Source: Sphyrna mokarran
Lineage: Eukaryota
Direction: 5' to 3'
Assembly: GCA_024679065.1 (NCBI GenBank)
Contig: JAGIQG010000043.1
Location: 1,798,001-1,862,000, forward strand
DNA length: 64,000 bases
This document shows, piece by piece, positions 1 through 13,274 of this stretch. The position numbers and the translations under genes were made by a program. How positions within the stretch are numbered: position 1 is the first letter of the stretch; the number at the start of each line of letters is the position of its first letter. The notes beneath the pieces were generated by a model. That model was not told where the DNA came from. It ran no database searches and saw nothing but the letters and a program-made list of their open reading frames with translations.

Positions 1-29
1 TTAGTTCATTGACTAAGTTCATTTATTAG

Positions 30-255
30 TCACAGGAAGGCTCACATTAACACTGCAATGAAGTTAAAGCAAAAATCCCCGAGTTGCCACACTCCTGTCG
101 GCTGCACTAAAGGAAAAATTGGCATGGCCAATACATCTCATAGATACGCCCTTCGGATTGTGGGAGGGGAGCGGAGCTCCCCGAGAAAACCCACGCAGAC
201 ATGGGGAGAACGTACACAGGTAGTGACAAAAACTGGGAATCAAACCCGACCCCAG
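30..255 (-). mobile_element. HE1/V-SINE-like SINE fragment
   Basis: Reverse complement contains the recurrent SINE core (...ttctccccatgtctgcgtgggttttctc...cccacaatcc...ggccatgc) seen dozens of times in the window. Confidence 0.7.
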
Positions 256-1479
256 ATTAAGCGGCCAAGTGGTATTCACTTGGGTGTAGTTTGGCATAAT
301 TCTTGACAAGAGAGAAACTGGTGGTGAGGCATCGGAGGGTGCGTTCGGAGATAAGTATTAATTCTCAAGCGAATTGGCTTGCTTGGGGACGTATCTGACT
401 AAACGGGGCCAGCTGTGGCTGGCATTGGAGTGAAAAGGGTGACCTCGGGTTTTTCCTTGTGATTGAGAAGCCTTCCTTTTGCACCTCCATCGTCTCCTTG
501 GAATGTTGCAGGGAACTTGTTCCACATCATTTGCCAGATGTCAAAAGTGGTGGTTCCTCTCTGTGTCTGATCTGAATTCTGAACTTCTGGCACTATGGAA
601 ACCACGAAGGACATCTGGACTACTGCATGCCTGGACCTGTTAACTTCTCACAACATGGCGTAATCCTGTCCTCTTTCCAACGTACCAGGCCAGCTCACTC
701 TCAAATTCTCTCACATGCAACGAGTGCAATTAAGGGTTATGGGGAGTCCGGTAAGTGGAACTGATCCACCTCAGATCAGCCATGCTCTTATTGAATGGCG
801 GGGCAGGATCGAAGGGCTAGATGGCCTACTCCTGCTCCTGTTTTTTATGTTGTTATGAGTGTCGCTGACCCAGCATCCTTCTGCCTTCAAACCAGTGTTG
901 GAAGTTGGCACAGCTTAGAGCAACCAGTGCAGCGCAACTTCCCACAAAGATTCACATGCCCTTCTGTCAGGAACCTTCAGTCATCATCACTTTCGTCACA
1001 TCCAGTTACTTATGAGGAGACGATGGCCCCCTAGTGTTACTGCAATGCCAATAATCCACAAACTCAGTTCATGTTCTGGGGGCCCAGGTTAATCCCGTCA
1101 TGGGCACTTAGTAAAATTTGAATTCAATAAAAAATGACTGGAATTAATTCACTAATGATCATGATACAATTGTCAGGAAAATCTCAGTTGATTCATTTAC
1201 AGTTGTTCGGGAAGTTGGTGACCTGGACACATAAAAGTTAAAAACTCGGCTATTTCTACTTTGTAGCCATTGATGCAAAGAAGGGCAAATCTTTATTACG
1301 TTTCCTGAAATCGATGTCTGTCTCTTTTGTTCGGTTGACATTGAGGGACAGATTATTGTTAACGCAACAGTTCATCATATTCTCCTTCTTGTTCCCGCAC
1401 TCCGTCCCATCATTGTTTGAGACTGTGTGAGGGTGTGTCAAACAACTTGCAAACCACGAGGTCTTTACTGCATCACGAT

Positions 1480-1559
1480 GTTATGCAATTTTCATCTTCA
1501 CTGGTGACGCTGACCGAACGAGATAATTACCATTTCTTTGGAAATGTCTCCATCTAAAG
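1480..1559 (+). other. possible 3' remnant of a C1 exon of paralog A
   Basis: Ends ...ATG TCT CCA TCT AAA G|gtgagt (strong phase-1 donor, EMSPSK-G, resembling the gene C C1 end NSFSSQK-G) upstream of the paralog A TM exon; the upstream part is not open. Confidence 0.2.
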
Positions 1560-2034
1560 GTGAGTAAATGTATTACAAAACTGCAAAGGTACATTACAAG
1601 TTTGTATACTTATGTAGTAAACTTATAATCAGAATCTAACTTTGTTTTTTTTTTGGGGGGGGGCGGGGTGGTGGGGGATGTGGCGGTGATGGTGGTGAGT
1701 GGAGAACATGTATCACAGTCGTATGTTGGAGCATAATAAGTTACATCTCAAAACAGTTCGCCTCTTGATTTGACGTGCCATTCTCTTAGAGAAAGTGCTG
1801 ATTGAAAGAAATATTGGTACAAAAGCAAACTACTGCAGATGCTAGAAATCTGAAATAAAATCTGAAAATCCTGAATAAACTCAATACGCCTGGAGCATCT
1901 ATGCAGAGAACAGAGTTAACGTTTTGGGATCCAAATGATCCTTCTATGCAGCTCTATATGGTAGAGACTGATGCTGGCTGCTCGGGGAGAACATCCATCA
2001 AGTCAGCCTCATTCGGACCCACCGTTGAAATTAT

Positions 2035-2345
2035 TCATAGATCATGGAATCCTAAAGTGCAGAAAGAGGCCTTACGGCCTATCGAGTCTGCACCGAATAC
2101 AATCTCACCCAGGCCCTACCCCCATATAATTGACCCACTAATCTCTCTAACCTATGCATCTCAGGGCACTAAAGGACATTTTTTTAGCATGGCCAATCAG
2201 CCTAACTTGCACATCTTTGGATGTGGGAGGAAACCGGAGCACCCGGAGGAAACCCACGTAGACACGAGGAGAATGTGCAAACTTCATTCACGAGCCGGGA
2301 ATCTAATCCAGGTTTCTAGTGTTGTGAAGCAGCATTGCTAACCAC
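2035..2345 (-). mobile_element. HE1/V-SINE-like SINE
   Basis: ggaaaccggagcacccggaggaaacccacg core, ggccaatcagcctaacttgcacatctttgg, and tail with cggcctatcgagtctgcaccg. Confidence 0.75.
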
Positions 2346-3418
2346 TTTCCTACTGTTCCGGCCAATTCTGAAGTATTCATCAATAGTGACAAAGACTGAA
2401 ATGTGAATTTCAAAGTTAACGTTTATTTCTTAGCCATCGGCAGGCTTGCGTGTGAAGTGCAATAAAGTTACTACGAAAGATCCCGCAGTAGACACACTCC
2501 GGCTCCTGTTCGGGTACACAGACGGGGAATTTAGAATGGCCTTCTTTCAGGCCGTGCGAGGAAACCGAAGTATCCCGGGAAGGCACAGACAGTGAGCCAA
2601 GCTACGAATAGAACCCGAATCCCTGGCAAGGCAGCCATGCTAACCAACGTGTCACTCCAATTTAGTTTAATTTACCTCAGAATAACGCATTTGAAATACT
2701 GATGGATTAAGGGGCTATTAAATCTGCTTAGTTATCAATGATTTTGTCAATATCTGTATTTTTTTACACAAGTATGTCTGGGGAACTGTTTTTTTTTTCG
2801 TAATATTCATTGCAATGAAGTTAAACATAGCACAAGTTCAGGTTTCACTCTGGGTTACAGTGTGTTCCTGTGTCCGTACCGATCTCTCAACATTCCAAAA
2901 TGTATTAGATTTTGTGTTAAAATAGCTCCATTTTGTCACGTATGAAATTATTACAGCTGCTTTGTCAATAGCTAAATTCCACACACAAAAATAGTCTAGT
3001 TTTTTTCGAATCTATCAAAAGATGTTAATAACTGAGGGTTTCAGAATTGAAACTGTCACCTGTGCTGCGATAGAACATCCACACGGGAGCTTCAACGGGG
3101 CTGATTTTAGTGAAAATCCACGCTGCAGCTGCGCACGTTAGTGTTCTACACCCAAACTTTATACAGGTGATCTGAGACTTGGTCAAAATTGAGGACCGCG
3201 GAAGGACAACGATCGCCAGGACAATTAAGAAGAAAACGCAATTGCGACGTTGAGGAAATTAGTCGTTAATATATTAGTAAACATGAGTACAAATCCCGCC
3301 GTTCCTGGGATTTAACGGGTTCTCTGACCAACAACCAAACTCGGCCTTGCTTAAATGAGCAGCAGAGCTCACGGGAGAGACAGGAATGCAACCGATTCTT
3401 CCGAAGAATAGCGAACAG

Positions 3419-3636
3419 CAATCATCGAAATTTCCCACTGAGCGTGGGAAATAAAATCGGTTATAAAATCCGAGTGTGGATCCTTTCCAATTGTTGTTAA
3501 AACCGAGGCCTCTCGTTCCATTTACTCAATCATCGAAATTTTCCCACTGAGCGTGGGAAATAAAATCGGTTATAAAATCCGAGTGTGGATCCTTTCCAAT
3601 TGTTGTTAAAACCGAGGCCTCTCGTTCCATTTACTC
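3419..3636. repeat. near-perfect direct tandem duplication, ~108-bp unit x2
   Basis: caatcatcgaaatttcccactgagcgtggg...ccatttactc starts at 3419 and again at 3527; copies differ by one T. Confidence 0.9.
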
Positions 3637-4315
3637 GTTGGAATGCAACCAGAAGGTGGAAAAAAGTGCAGACGAATTTATGTTTAGGATTTTGCTGCTC
3701 AATAAACTGATTAAGTTATTGTTAATACCCTATCCCTTGGTTTACACAGAGAATAAGTGTAGAAAGGGATCATTCAGCCCATTGAGGAGGCACCAACACT
3801 CTGGCAAAGAATCTTACCCAGGCCCTATCCCCCTGACGCCACATATTGACCCGGTTAATCCGACTAACTACACATTTTGGACACCAAAAAGCAATTTAGC
3901 ATGACTAGTCCACCGGAGCTGCGCATCTTTGGGCACTAAGGGTCATGTAGCATGGTTAATACACCTAACCTGAACATCTTTAGACACAGTGTTAACAACT
4001 GTGCCATCGTGCCATCCCAGTGGTGGTAATGAATGCTAATCTTGTTCTTGTCACCAACATTACCAGGGACAATTCAAAAGTGGACAAACCTTACATAAGG
4101 GAAGTGAATTTACCAAGTAAAAACAGATAGACGCATGGAGGAAGAGAGACCCCAAGGCCGGAAATCCCCGCCCAAGATCAATGTCTGCCTCCACCCACTA
4201 CAATTCCGGTGGCTGTCTGGACGGGAAAATTCCGTCTCATTAAATCCCGATATGAGACAAAGAGCTTGATCTACGGATTTCTTTTCTTAAATACAATGTT
4301 GATTTTACTCTGCAG

Positions 4316-4435
4316 ATTCGCTGTCACTTCCACTTTGGACTATTCCACTTACTGGGTACTCGTCAGTGGTGATGCTTCTCCTTCTTGGAAGGATCCTTCT
4401 TTCCCGGAGAAGGATCTACACGAATTGGCAGAAAG
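4316..4435 (+). CDS. TM exon of VJ-C1 receptor paralog A (DSLSLPLWTIPLTGYSSVVMLLLLGRILLSRRRIYTNWQK-G)
   Basis: tgcag|AT...AAAG|gtatag; 120 nt, phase 1/1; same length and colinear with the gene C TM exon (41544-41663). Confidence 0.8.
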
Positions 4436-4556
4436 GTATAGATTGCAGGGAGACTTTGCATACGCATGGGACTCCCAATCAATTTACTTTGACTTTCAGA
4501 CAGTTCAGTGTAAAATGGGACAATTTGTAATCAGTTGTAATTGTTTTTTTTTACAG

Positions 4557-4614
4557 GTAACAGGAACACTGATGGTGAATAGAGATCTACAGAACACGTC
4601 CAGAAGAAATGGCG
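4557..4614 (+). CDS. first cytoplasmic exon of paralog A, with in-frame TAG at 4580-4582
   Basis: ttttttacag|GT AAC AGG AAC ACT GAT GGT GAA TAG...GGCG|gtgagt; aligns with the gene C exon GTANSDEELTESRERKQNKE. Confidence 0.65.
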
Positions 4615-4689
4615 GTGAGTATAGAATTGCTTCATATCATGTGTAGTTAGAGATTCCGGATTTTCTGTTTAATTCGGACGAATCTTGTT

Positions 4690-7460
4690 GTAAATGCGAG
4701 GAGTGTGACTGGCAAAACAGATGAACTGAAGGCAATAATGTTCGAGAGGAAGTTAGAAGTGGTGGCGGTGACTGAGACGTGGCTAAAGGAAGGGCAGGAC
4801 TGGCAATTGAATATTCCGGGGTATAAGTGTTTTAGGCATGATAGAGGTGGTTTGAGGAGAGGAGGGGGAGTGGCGTTATTAGTTAAGGATCACATCATAG
4901 CAGTGCAGAAGGAGGGTGGTATGGTTGAGTTAGGAATTGAGTCGCTATGGGTGGAGTTGAGGAATAGGAAGGGAGAGGTTACTGTGTTGGGTGTGTACTA
5001 CAGACCGCCCAACAGTCCGCGGGCCGTGGAAGAAGGGATATGTAAGGAATTTTTAGATAAGTGTAGGAAGAATAGGGTAGTTGTAATGGGATTTTTCAAT
5101 TTCCCTGGGGTAGATTGGAAGGTGCCGAGAGCGGAAGGTGCGGACGGGGAGGAATTTGTACAGTGTGTTTTAGAAGGGTCCTTGGAGCAGTATGTGGATA
5201 GCCCGACTAGAGAGGGGGCTATACTGGATCTGGTTCTGGGGAATGAGCCAGGGCAGGTGGTTGACGTTGTAGTAGGACAGCATGTGTCTAATAGTGACCA
5301 CAACTCTGTCTGCTTTAGGGTATTAATGGAAAAAGATGAAGCCTGTCCTAAGGGGAGGTTGTTAAACTGGGGGAGGGCTAGATATAGCCAGATTAGGCAG
5401 GATCTTAAGGATACCGACTGGGATAAGCTGTTCGAGGGTAGGTCGACGCTGCACATATGGGAATCTTTCAAGGGAAAACTAAAATTTTTGCAGGATAGAC
5501 ACGTGCCGGTAAGGAGAAAGGATGGGAAGGGTAGGATTAGAGAACTGTGGGTTACTAGGGATGTTGAGGACTTGGTCAGGAAGAAGCGGGAGGCATACGT
5601 TAGATCCAGGCAATTGGGGACAGTGGCAGCGCTGGAAAAATATAGAGTGTAGACAGGATCTTAAAAGGGGCGTCAGAAAGGCAAAAAAGGGCCACGAAAT
5701 GGCTTTGGCAGGTAGGATTAAGGAAAATCCTAAGGCATTTTACTCCTACGTAAGGAGCAAAAGGATGGTTAGAGGCAAAATTGGACCTCTCAGGGACAGA
5801 GGAGGGGATCTATGCTTAGACTCTGAGGGGATGGTGGAGATCCTGAATGAGTACTTTGCGTCGGTATTCACGCGGGAGAGGGGCCTCATATCTGATGCTG
5901 GCTTTGAGGATTTTGAGGACCCGTTAAAGGAAATAATCATTACGAGGGAAGAAGTGTTGGGGCTTTTAGGTAGCATAAAGACTTATAAAGCTCCGGGAAC
6001 TGATGGCATTTATCCCAGGCTGCTAAGGGAGGTGAGGGATGACATTGCTGGGCCTCTGACGCAAATCTTTGTCTCTTCTTTGGACACAGGTAAGGTCCCA
6101 GAGGACTGGAGGATTGCAAATGTAGTACCGTTGTTTAAAAAGGGTCAGAGGGATAACCCAGGGAACTATAGGCCGGTGAGCTTGACATCAGTTATAGGTA
6201 ACCTAATGGAGGAGATCCTCAGGGACAGGATGTGTGAGCATCTGGAGCGCTGCGATCTGTTCAGGAATATGCAGCATGGCTTCGTTAAGGGGAGGTCGTG
6301 CCTTACGAATCTAGTGGAATTTTTTGAAGAGGTGCCAAAAACGGCTGATGAAGGACAAGCCGTTGATGTCATCTACATGGATTTCAGTAAGGCGTTTGAC
6401 AAGGTTCCCCATGGCAGGCTGATAAAAAAGGTGAAGGCGCATGGGATACAGGGCCAGGTATGTGGATGGGTTGAGAACTGGCTTGGGAGGAGGAGACAGC
6501 GGGTATTAGTGGAAGGCTCTTTTTCCAACTGGAGGTCAGTCACTAGTGGTGTGCCACAGGGCTCAGAACTAGGACCTCTTCTATTTGTGATTTATATAAA
6601 TGACTTGGAAGAGGGGGTAGGTGGTGTGATCAGCAAATTTGCTGATGACACTAAGATACTTGGATTGGCGGGGACTGAGGAGCAGTGCCAGGCAATACAA
6701 CAGGACATTGATAGGCTGGTAGATTGGGAAGATAGATGGCAAATGGAATTTAATCCGATAAATGCGAGGTGATGCATTTTGGCCGGAATAATGTAGAGGG
6801 GAGTTATAGGGTAAAAGGTAAAACTATCCGGAGTATAGAGACGCAGAGTGACCTGGGGGTGCAGGTTCACAAGTCTCTGAAGGTGTCAGTACAGGTGGAA
6901 AAGGTGATAAAGAAAGCTTATGGTATGTTAGCCTTCGTAGGAAGGGGTATAGAATACAAGAGTAGGAGTTTGATATTGCAAGTGTATAGAACGATGGTTA
7001 GGCCTCACTTGGAGTACTGCATCCAGTTCTGGTCGCCGTACTACCGGAAGGATGTGGAGTCCCTGGAGAGAGTGCAGAGGAGATTTACCAGGATGCTGCC
7101 TGGTATGGAAGGGCTGTCTTATGAGGAAAGGTTGAACGCACTGGGGTTGTTTTCCCTTGAAAGACGTCGGCTGAGAGGGGATCAATTAGAGGTATATAAG
7201 ATTATGAGGGGTATAAATAGAGGAAATGGTGGTAAGCTTTTTCCACCATTAGATTCGGATAGAACGAGGGGTCACGGCCTTAGGGTGAGGGGGGCTATGT
7301 AGAAGACTAATATTAGGGGGCATTTTTTTCACACAAAGGGTAGTGGGGGTGTGGAATGCATTACCGAGTAAGGTGGTGGGAGCAGGCACGGTGGGTTGTT
7401 TAAGGGTCTCTTGGACAGCCACATGAGCGCTCTGCAGAAAGAGGGATATATGAGGACTTT
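4690..7460 (+). mobile_element. CR1 LINE ORF2 (APE endonuclease + RT), frameshifted, 5'-truncated
   Basis: ORFs 4705-5652 (VTETWL, YRPP, ILDLVL, SDHN), 5522-6772 (GPD-like, [31 protein letters not shown]) and 6769-7302 (LEYCIQFWSP, ERVQRR). Confidence 0.95.
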
Positions 7461-7619
7461 TTAAATTCTTTAATTGTTTCCACAGGCTATTCGGTCCACC
7501 TTATTGACCAACAAGGTGCATGCATTCGGCAAGTCGTGTGAGGGCTGCTCCTGGAGGTTACTTCAGGAGTGGCCTAGTGCTTCACGTCGTTAGTGTATGC
7601 TTAAACTGGACCATCAGAT

Positions 7620-7900
7620 GGGCAACATGACAGCTCAGAGACTATCGCTGTTGCTGTGCAGACACATGGATTTGGGTCTGTGTCTGCGGGAGTTTGCATG
7701 TTCTCCCCGTGGTTGCGTGGGTTTTCTCCAGGTGCTCCGGTTTCCACCCACATCCCAAAAATGTGCTCTTAGGCTGATTGGGTAACAAACTGTCCCTATA
7801 TTGGTCTCTATATGTCATTAAGACGTTAAGATGACTGCGCGGGCTCGTTGGGCCGAAGGGCCTGTTTCCCGTGCTGTGTTGTTCTTTGTTCTTTGTTCTA
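7620..7900 (+). mobile_element. HE1/V-SINE-like SINE with CR1-type tail
   Basis: gagtttgcatgttctccccgtggttgcgtgggttttctccaggtgctccggtttcc core; ends ggccgaagggcctgtttcc...tgttct. Confidence 0.75.
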
Positions 7901-9950
7901 AAATGAGCGTATGGAAGTTTGCATGGTGCTTAATCACTCATAACAATATAATCCTTTCATATAACATTGCAGCAATAAATTACATTGTGAATGGGACACC
8001 AAGTGAAAATATCGAAACTCAGTTACCGTTTGTGGAAGTGACATTGTTAGATGGGGTTGAGATGCAGTTCGAAATTAACTATCTAACTGCCGGGAACGAC
8101 ACGAAAGGATGAATTACACCTTTCGGTCGCCTGGAAGATGTGTTTCCATTCTATGACAGACTCTTTCTGTCCGGCTGGCGTTCAACGCAGAACCCAGAAT
8201 TTAACGATAAATGGAACTCAGAGCTCACATTCTGCTTCCGGGATATGATGCAGTTATGAACGTTTTCTTTGTTTTCTCGTCATTGGAAGAAAGCCTGGAT
8301 GTTTGATTCGGTTTAGTTTTTTTATTGTCACACCTATTAAGAAATATTTATTTCTTGCGTGCATACCACTCATAAAGAAGGAAAGAAGAGTACATATTAA
8401 AATACTTGCAGTGTTGAGAAAGATTACTTAATGCCAGGTAGGTTCACTCAAGAGTTTGACATCAGCAGAGAATGAACTATTTTTGCTCGATGGGTACGTC
8501 ACCTCAGAGCTTTTAAATCGTTTTCCTATGAAAGAAAGTGGAAGAGAATATGTCCAGAGTGTGCAGGATCTTTGATTGTGCTGGTTGCTTTCGTGATGTA
8601 GCGGGGACTGTAGACACTATCAATGGATGGGAAGCTGTTTCGAATGATCGACTTGGCTTTCTTCATAACCCTTCATAATGTTTTGATTTTGGTTGGAGCA
8701 GGAGCCATACCAAGCTGCGACACATCGAACCATGCCCCATCGATAAAATTGGCGAGTAGCGGATATGTTGAATTTTCTTCACCTCCTGCGAAAGATAAAA
8801 TGTCGGTTGAGTCTGTTCAAGCGACTGCCACCTCCCATTTTTCTTCTGGCCGAATTATCACTAATAAAGAACAAAGGACAACTGTTTATCACCCACTAAA
8901 TATTCTTAAGGCCTAATGGAACATACACCATGTCAACAGCATGCTGACATTTGAGCCTATCTGCTTACTACACAGGATCACCATATTTCCCTTTCTTGTG
9001 TGAATGTTATTTTTAAAACTTTGTGTATTTCCATTTGGTCTTGAGCAGAAAGGAGAGCATCCAAAGAACCATCACTTAGCAATATGCTTCCAAACTCAAG
9101 TATTGTTTCTGTGAGTTCAACCTATCTGATGCATCAATCCAAATGTGTTCAGTGATCCTGGATTGTCAGGTAACAGAACATTTGCATAGAACTGATGGGT
9201 GAAGTTTAACTGTGGGCAATAATTTTAGTAGATGGATGCATATAATAAAATTGAACAGGCTCTTTACAGTACACAATATTGGACTGTGCGATGACCTATC
9301 ATAGGTCTTGGAAGTTATGAAAGACTCAATTAGATAGAGGTACACAAAATGAGTGGAGACAAGAACATTGGACCACCAGCAACAGATATTCCCTACTATG
9401 TCCAATGGTGAGATCGGGAGAAAGGTTTTTCCGCGACATAGCGTCGAGTTTGGAAGTCAATATGACAGGGCTTGGTTGAGGTGAATATCAGATACTAATT
9501 TAGGATCAAATTTCATTCAATTACCAATAATAGCGCATGTTTGCGGTGTCGGGGGGTGGGGAGGCGGTGTGCGTCGTAGAAAGTAGGGAGGAGGAGTCTG
9601 GTGTAGATTACAAACACTGTGACAGTGGCCTGTTATTCTGGAAATAATGGTACATTTCATAATGAAGAAAACATGGGCAACGTTTGAACATTGTTTGTTG
9701 GAGAAGTTTGATTTGATTTGATGTGATTTATTACTGTCACATGGATTGGGATGCAATGAAAACTATTGATACTTGCCGACAAAACATAGATTTCAGAGAA
9801 CACATACGGGGGAAGGGAAAGAAAGGGCACAGAATGCACTGTCACCGTCACAGCAAGAATGTAGTGAAAGATCAGCTTAACGTATGATAGGTCCATTCAA
9901 AAGTCTGACGGCAGCAGGGGAAAAAAAACTGTTCTTCATTCGGTTGGTTC

Positions 9951-10256
9951 ATGATCTCAGACTTTTGTATATTCTCTTCTGACGAAAGAAGGTAAAAGAG
10001 AGTGTGTCCGGGTATATGGGGTCCCTGGTTATGCTGGCAAATCTTCTGAGGCAGCGGGAAGCATAGACAAAATCAGTCGATGTATTGATACATCAATGGA
10101 TCATGATCTCAGACTTTTGTGTATTTTCTTCTGATGAAAGAAGGTGAAAGAGAATATGTCCGGCTATGTGGGGTCACTGGATATGCTGGCAACTTTTCTG
10201 AGGCAGCGGGAAGCATAGACAAAATCAGTCTATGCATTGACACATCAATGGATCCT
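9951..10256. repeat. direct tandem duplication, ~153-bp unit x2, within a LINE 3' fragment
   Basis: atgatctcagacttttgt...catcaatggatc starts at 9951 and again at 10104. Confidence 0.85.
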
Positions 10257-11094
10257 TCAAAGATATAAATGGCACTGGTCTTCAGAATAAAATAAGTATA
10301 TTTTATAGGTATGAAAATGTTATTCAAACGGCGTTCCATTGAGGTGTTGATATATTTCCATCTCAACTTCGATATTGCAAACATTGGAAGCTTGAGACCG
10401 TTTCTTTTAAAGAGATAAACTTCACCGTTGCTTCAATTAGTTAATTCATGGGATGTGGGCGTCACTGGCTGGCAATCGTGTATCCGCCATTCGAATTTAT
10501 CCTTAAACTGTGTGGCATGTCAGGCCATTTCTTTAACACATCTTTTTACAAAAACGGCTTTTACTTATGCATTGGAATTTAATTCCAAATGTTTAGTGCT
10601 GTATTTATCTTTTTACGATATGCTGTGTTGGAGCTTGAACACGGGACCCTGTAGCAATACCGAACAAAATGACAATGAGCCTTGCATCGACAGCTTTCTG
10701 GAAGACAGTGATTCAGAGTACCAGTCCACACTGGGAAAGTACATCCTGGCATCACCCCTAAAAATCTGGCGGTAAGTTAATAGTTCTGGCCCCATGTTAT
10801 GAACTGCCCAATCAGCCCCCATTAGAGGAAATAGTTTCCTTCCATCGACCCAACCAATTATTTTTCAAACTTAAACACGACAATTAGGCCATCTCATAAT
10901 CTTGTCCACTGCAAGGAATAACACTACTCTGTATAACCTGTTCTTGTAATATTTTCCTTTTAACTACAGTACATTCATACGAAACTGAAATCTGTTTTAT
11001 ATAATGCAACACTGCAGTCCAAGTACTGGACAAGATTCGCGTTTTTTATTCGTTCATGGGATGTAGACGTTGCTGCCTGGTCAGAGTTTATTTG

Positions 11095-11480
11095 CGAAGT
11101 TCCCCATGCATGATGATGGCCTCAACAGGGATCTTGGGTTCACGTCAAACTATATGTAACTCTAAAATGTCGCCTGGGTTGGCAAAATCCTACTAACCGT
11201 CCTGGCTTGATACAATCTCACCTCTTTTACCGGTGATAATCTCTCTCTCCACTGGAATTGTCTGCATCTATAAAGACTTGATTACCTATAAAGATCACAG
11301 TCCAAACTTTATATTGAAATTATGCCTGCCTATATAGACTGTGCTTGTGAACCTAGCTCTATATTCATCTAAGGAAGGAACAGCGATTTGAACGCTAGTG
11401 ATTCCAAATAAACCTGTTGGAACTTATCCTGAAAGACTTCTTATTGTGACCACGTCAGTCCAACGACAACATCTCCATCC
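11095..11480 (+). mobile_element. Penelope-like element 3' fragment (related copy at ~54545-54890)
   Basis: Shared motifs gggatcttgggtt and gtgattccaaataaacctgttgg; family assignment is from recollection of shark repeats, not tested. Confidence 0.35.
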
Positions 11481-11704
11481 ACATCATGCTTATGAGAGAA
11501 AGTGGCACAGTGGAATGATCACTGTATGATTAATCCAGAGGCCCAGAGAAATGATCTGGGGACATGGGCTCGAATACTACCAAGGCAGATAGAGAAATGT
11601 GAAGTCAATAAAAATCTGTTGTTCAATTTCTAATAAGTATTAAATGATTGCAGATTGTCGTAAAATACAACTGGTTTTGGGAAAGAAATGTGCGTCCTTA
11701 CTTA

Positions 11705-12525
11705 GAACATAGAACATATAACACTAGAGGACAAAGAGGCCCTTTGGCCCACAAGTTGTGCCGATCATGTCTATACCTAACAGGCCATAGAACTATCTGT
11801 AACTCCCAATCCGATTAAATCCCATGTACTCATCCAGAAGTATCTTAAAAGGCCCCAGCGAGTTCGCCTCTACCACCACTGACAGCAACCGATTCCATTC
11901 ACTCACCACCCTCTGAGTGAAAAAAACTTATCTCTAACATCTCCACTGTATTTGCCCCCCAGCACCTTAAACCTGTATCCTCTCGTTTCAGCCCTGGGGA
12001 ATAGCCACCGAGAATCCATCCTATTTATTCCTCTCAACATCTTATAAACCTCTATCAGGTCGCCTGTCAACCTTCATCTCTCCAGAGGGAAGATACCTAG
12101 CTCTCTCAACCTATCTTCATAAGGCATGCCCCCCAATCCAGACAACATCCTTGTAAATCTCCTCTGCACCCTCTCAATAACTTCCAAATTCTTCCTATAG
12201 TGAGATGACCAGAACTGCACACAATACTCCAATTGGGGTCTGGCAAGGGTCTTATAAAGTTGCAGCATTACCTCCGAATCCTAAACTCAATCCCTCTATT
12301 AATGAAGGCCAGTACACCATATGGCTTCTTGACCATATCCTCCACTTGCAGGGCAGATTTAAGAGTCCTATGGACCTGGACCCCAAGATCCTTCTGCTCC
12401 TCAACACTGCCAAGACTCCTACTCTTGATATTATACTCCTTCATCCCACTGGTCCTGCCAAAATGGACCACCGCACATTTATCCACGTTGAAGTCCATCT
12501 GCTACTTCTCCGCCCAGTCTTGCAT
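11705..12525 (-). mobile_element. CR1 LINE 3' fragment
   Basis: ORFs 12268-12498 and 12074-12268 (MDFNVDKC...LEYCVQFWS...ERVQRR); (atgttct)n tail at ~11705. Confidence 0.9.
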
Positions 12526-13097
12526 TATTTTAGTAAATTCAAATCGATTCACTGCCGTTCCCCTTTTCAAACGCAGGTCACCAGAATATTAATGCAATTT
12601 CTGGATTAACAGTTCATCGATAATGCAACTGGGCCATCGACATACTTACATTCCTGCATCCATACCGTGGGCTGAATAACGTATTTCATCGTATTCTGGC
12701 TGGGTCCCCCCCCCCCGCCAAACTACAAACCCACCTCACCCTACCCATCTATCTCCCCCCTCTCTTTCGTACAAGAATAATAAGACCTAGAAGCAGAGAA
12801 AACAAATTAGCCTTTCTAATCTGTTCTGCCATTCACTACGATCACAGCTGATCTGATCTGAACCTCCGCTACTCTGTCCTGCCTATCCATCATAGCCTTT
12901 CAAACTGTTCCTAATTAAAATATCGTCCACCTAATCATTAAATTTACTCAAATTCCCGACATCCAGCGCAGTGGAGGAAAGTAACTTCCAGAAACTCATC
13001 GTTCTTTGGCAGATGTTTAATTTCCGCATCTCAGCTTTAAATATGCCACCTCCTTCTAGATTACCCTTTAAGAGGGAACTTTATCTTTCTGTCTCTC

Positions 13098-13274
13098 TTA
13101 GATAGATAGATAGGTAGGTAGGTGAAAGATCGACAGATAGATANNNNNNNNNNNNNNNNNNNNNNNNNNNNNNNNNNNNNNNNNNNNNNNNNNNNNNNNN
13201 NNNNNNNNNNNNNNNNNNNNNNNNNNNNNNNNNNNNNNNNNNNNNNNNNNNNNNNNNNNNNNNNNNNNNNNNNN
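13098..13274. other. (GATA)n/(GGTA)n microsatellite followed by an assembly gap (N 13144-13274)
   Basis: Directly visible; 131 Ns. Confidence 0.95.

Noticed and set aside
4998-7185. Long antisense ORFs over CR1 and R2 elements
   Set aside because: Shadow ORFs of retroelement coding sequence.
7960-8250. Possible coding exon (NYIVNGTPSENIETQLP...)
   Set aside because: In-frame stop, no convincing splice sites and no similarity to the receptor exons.
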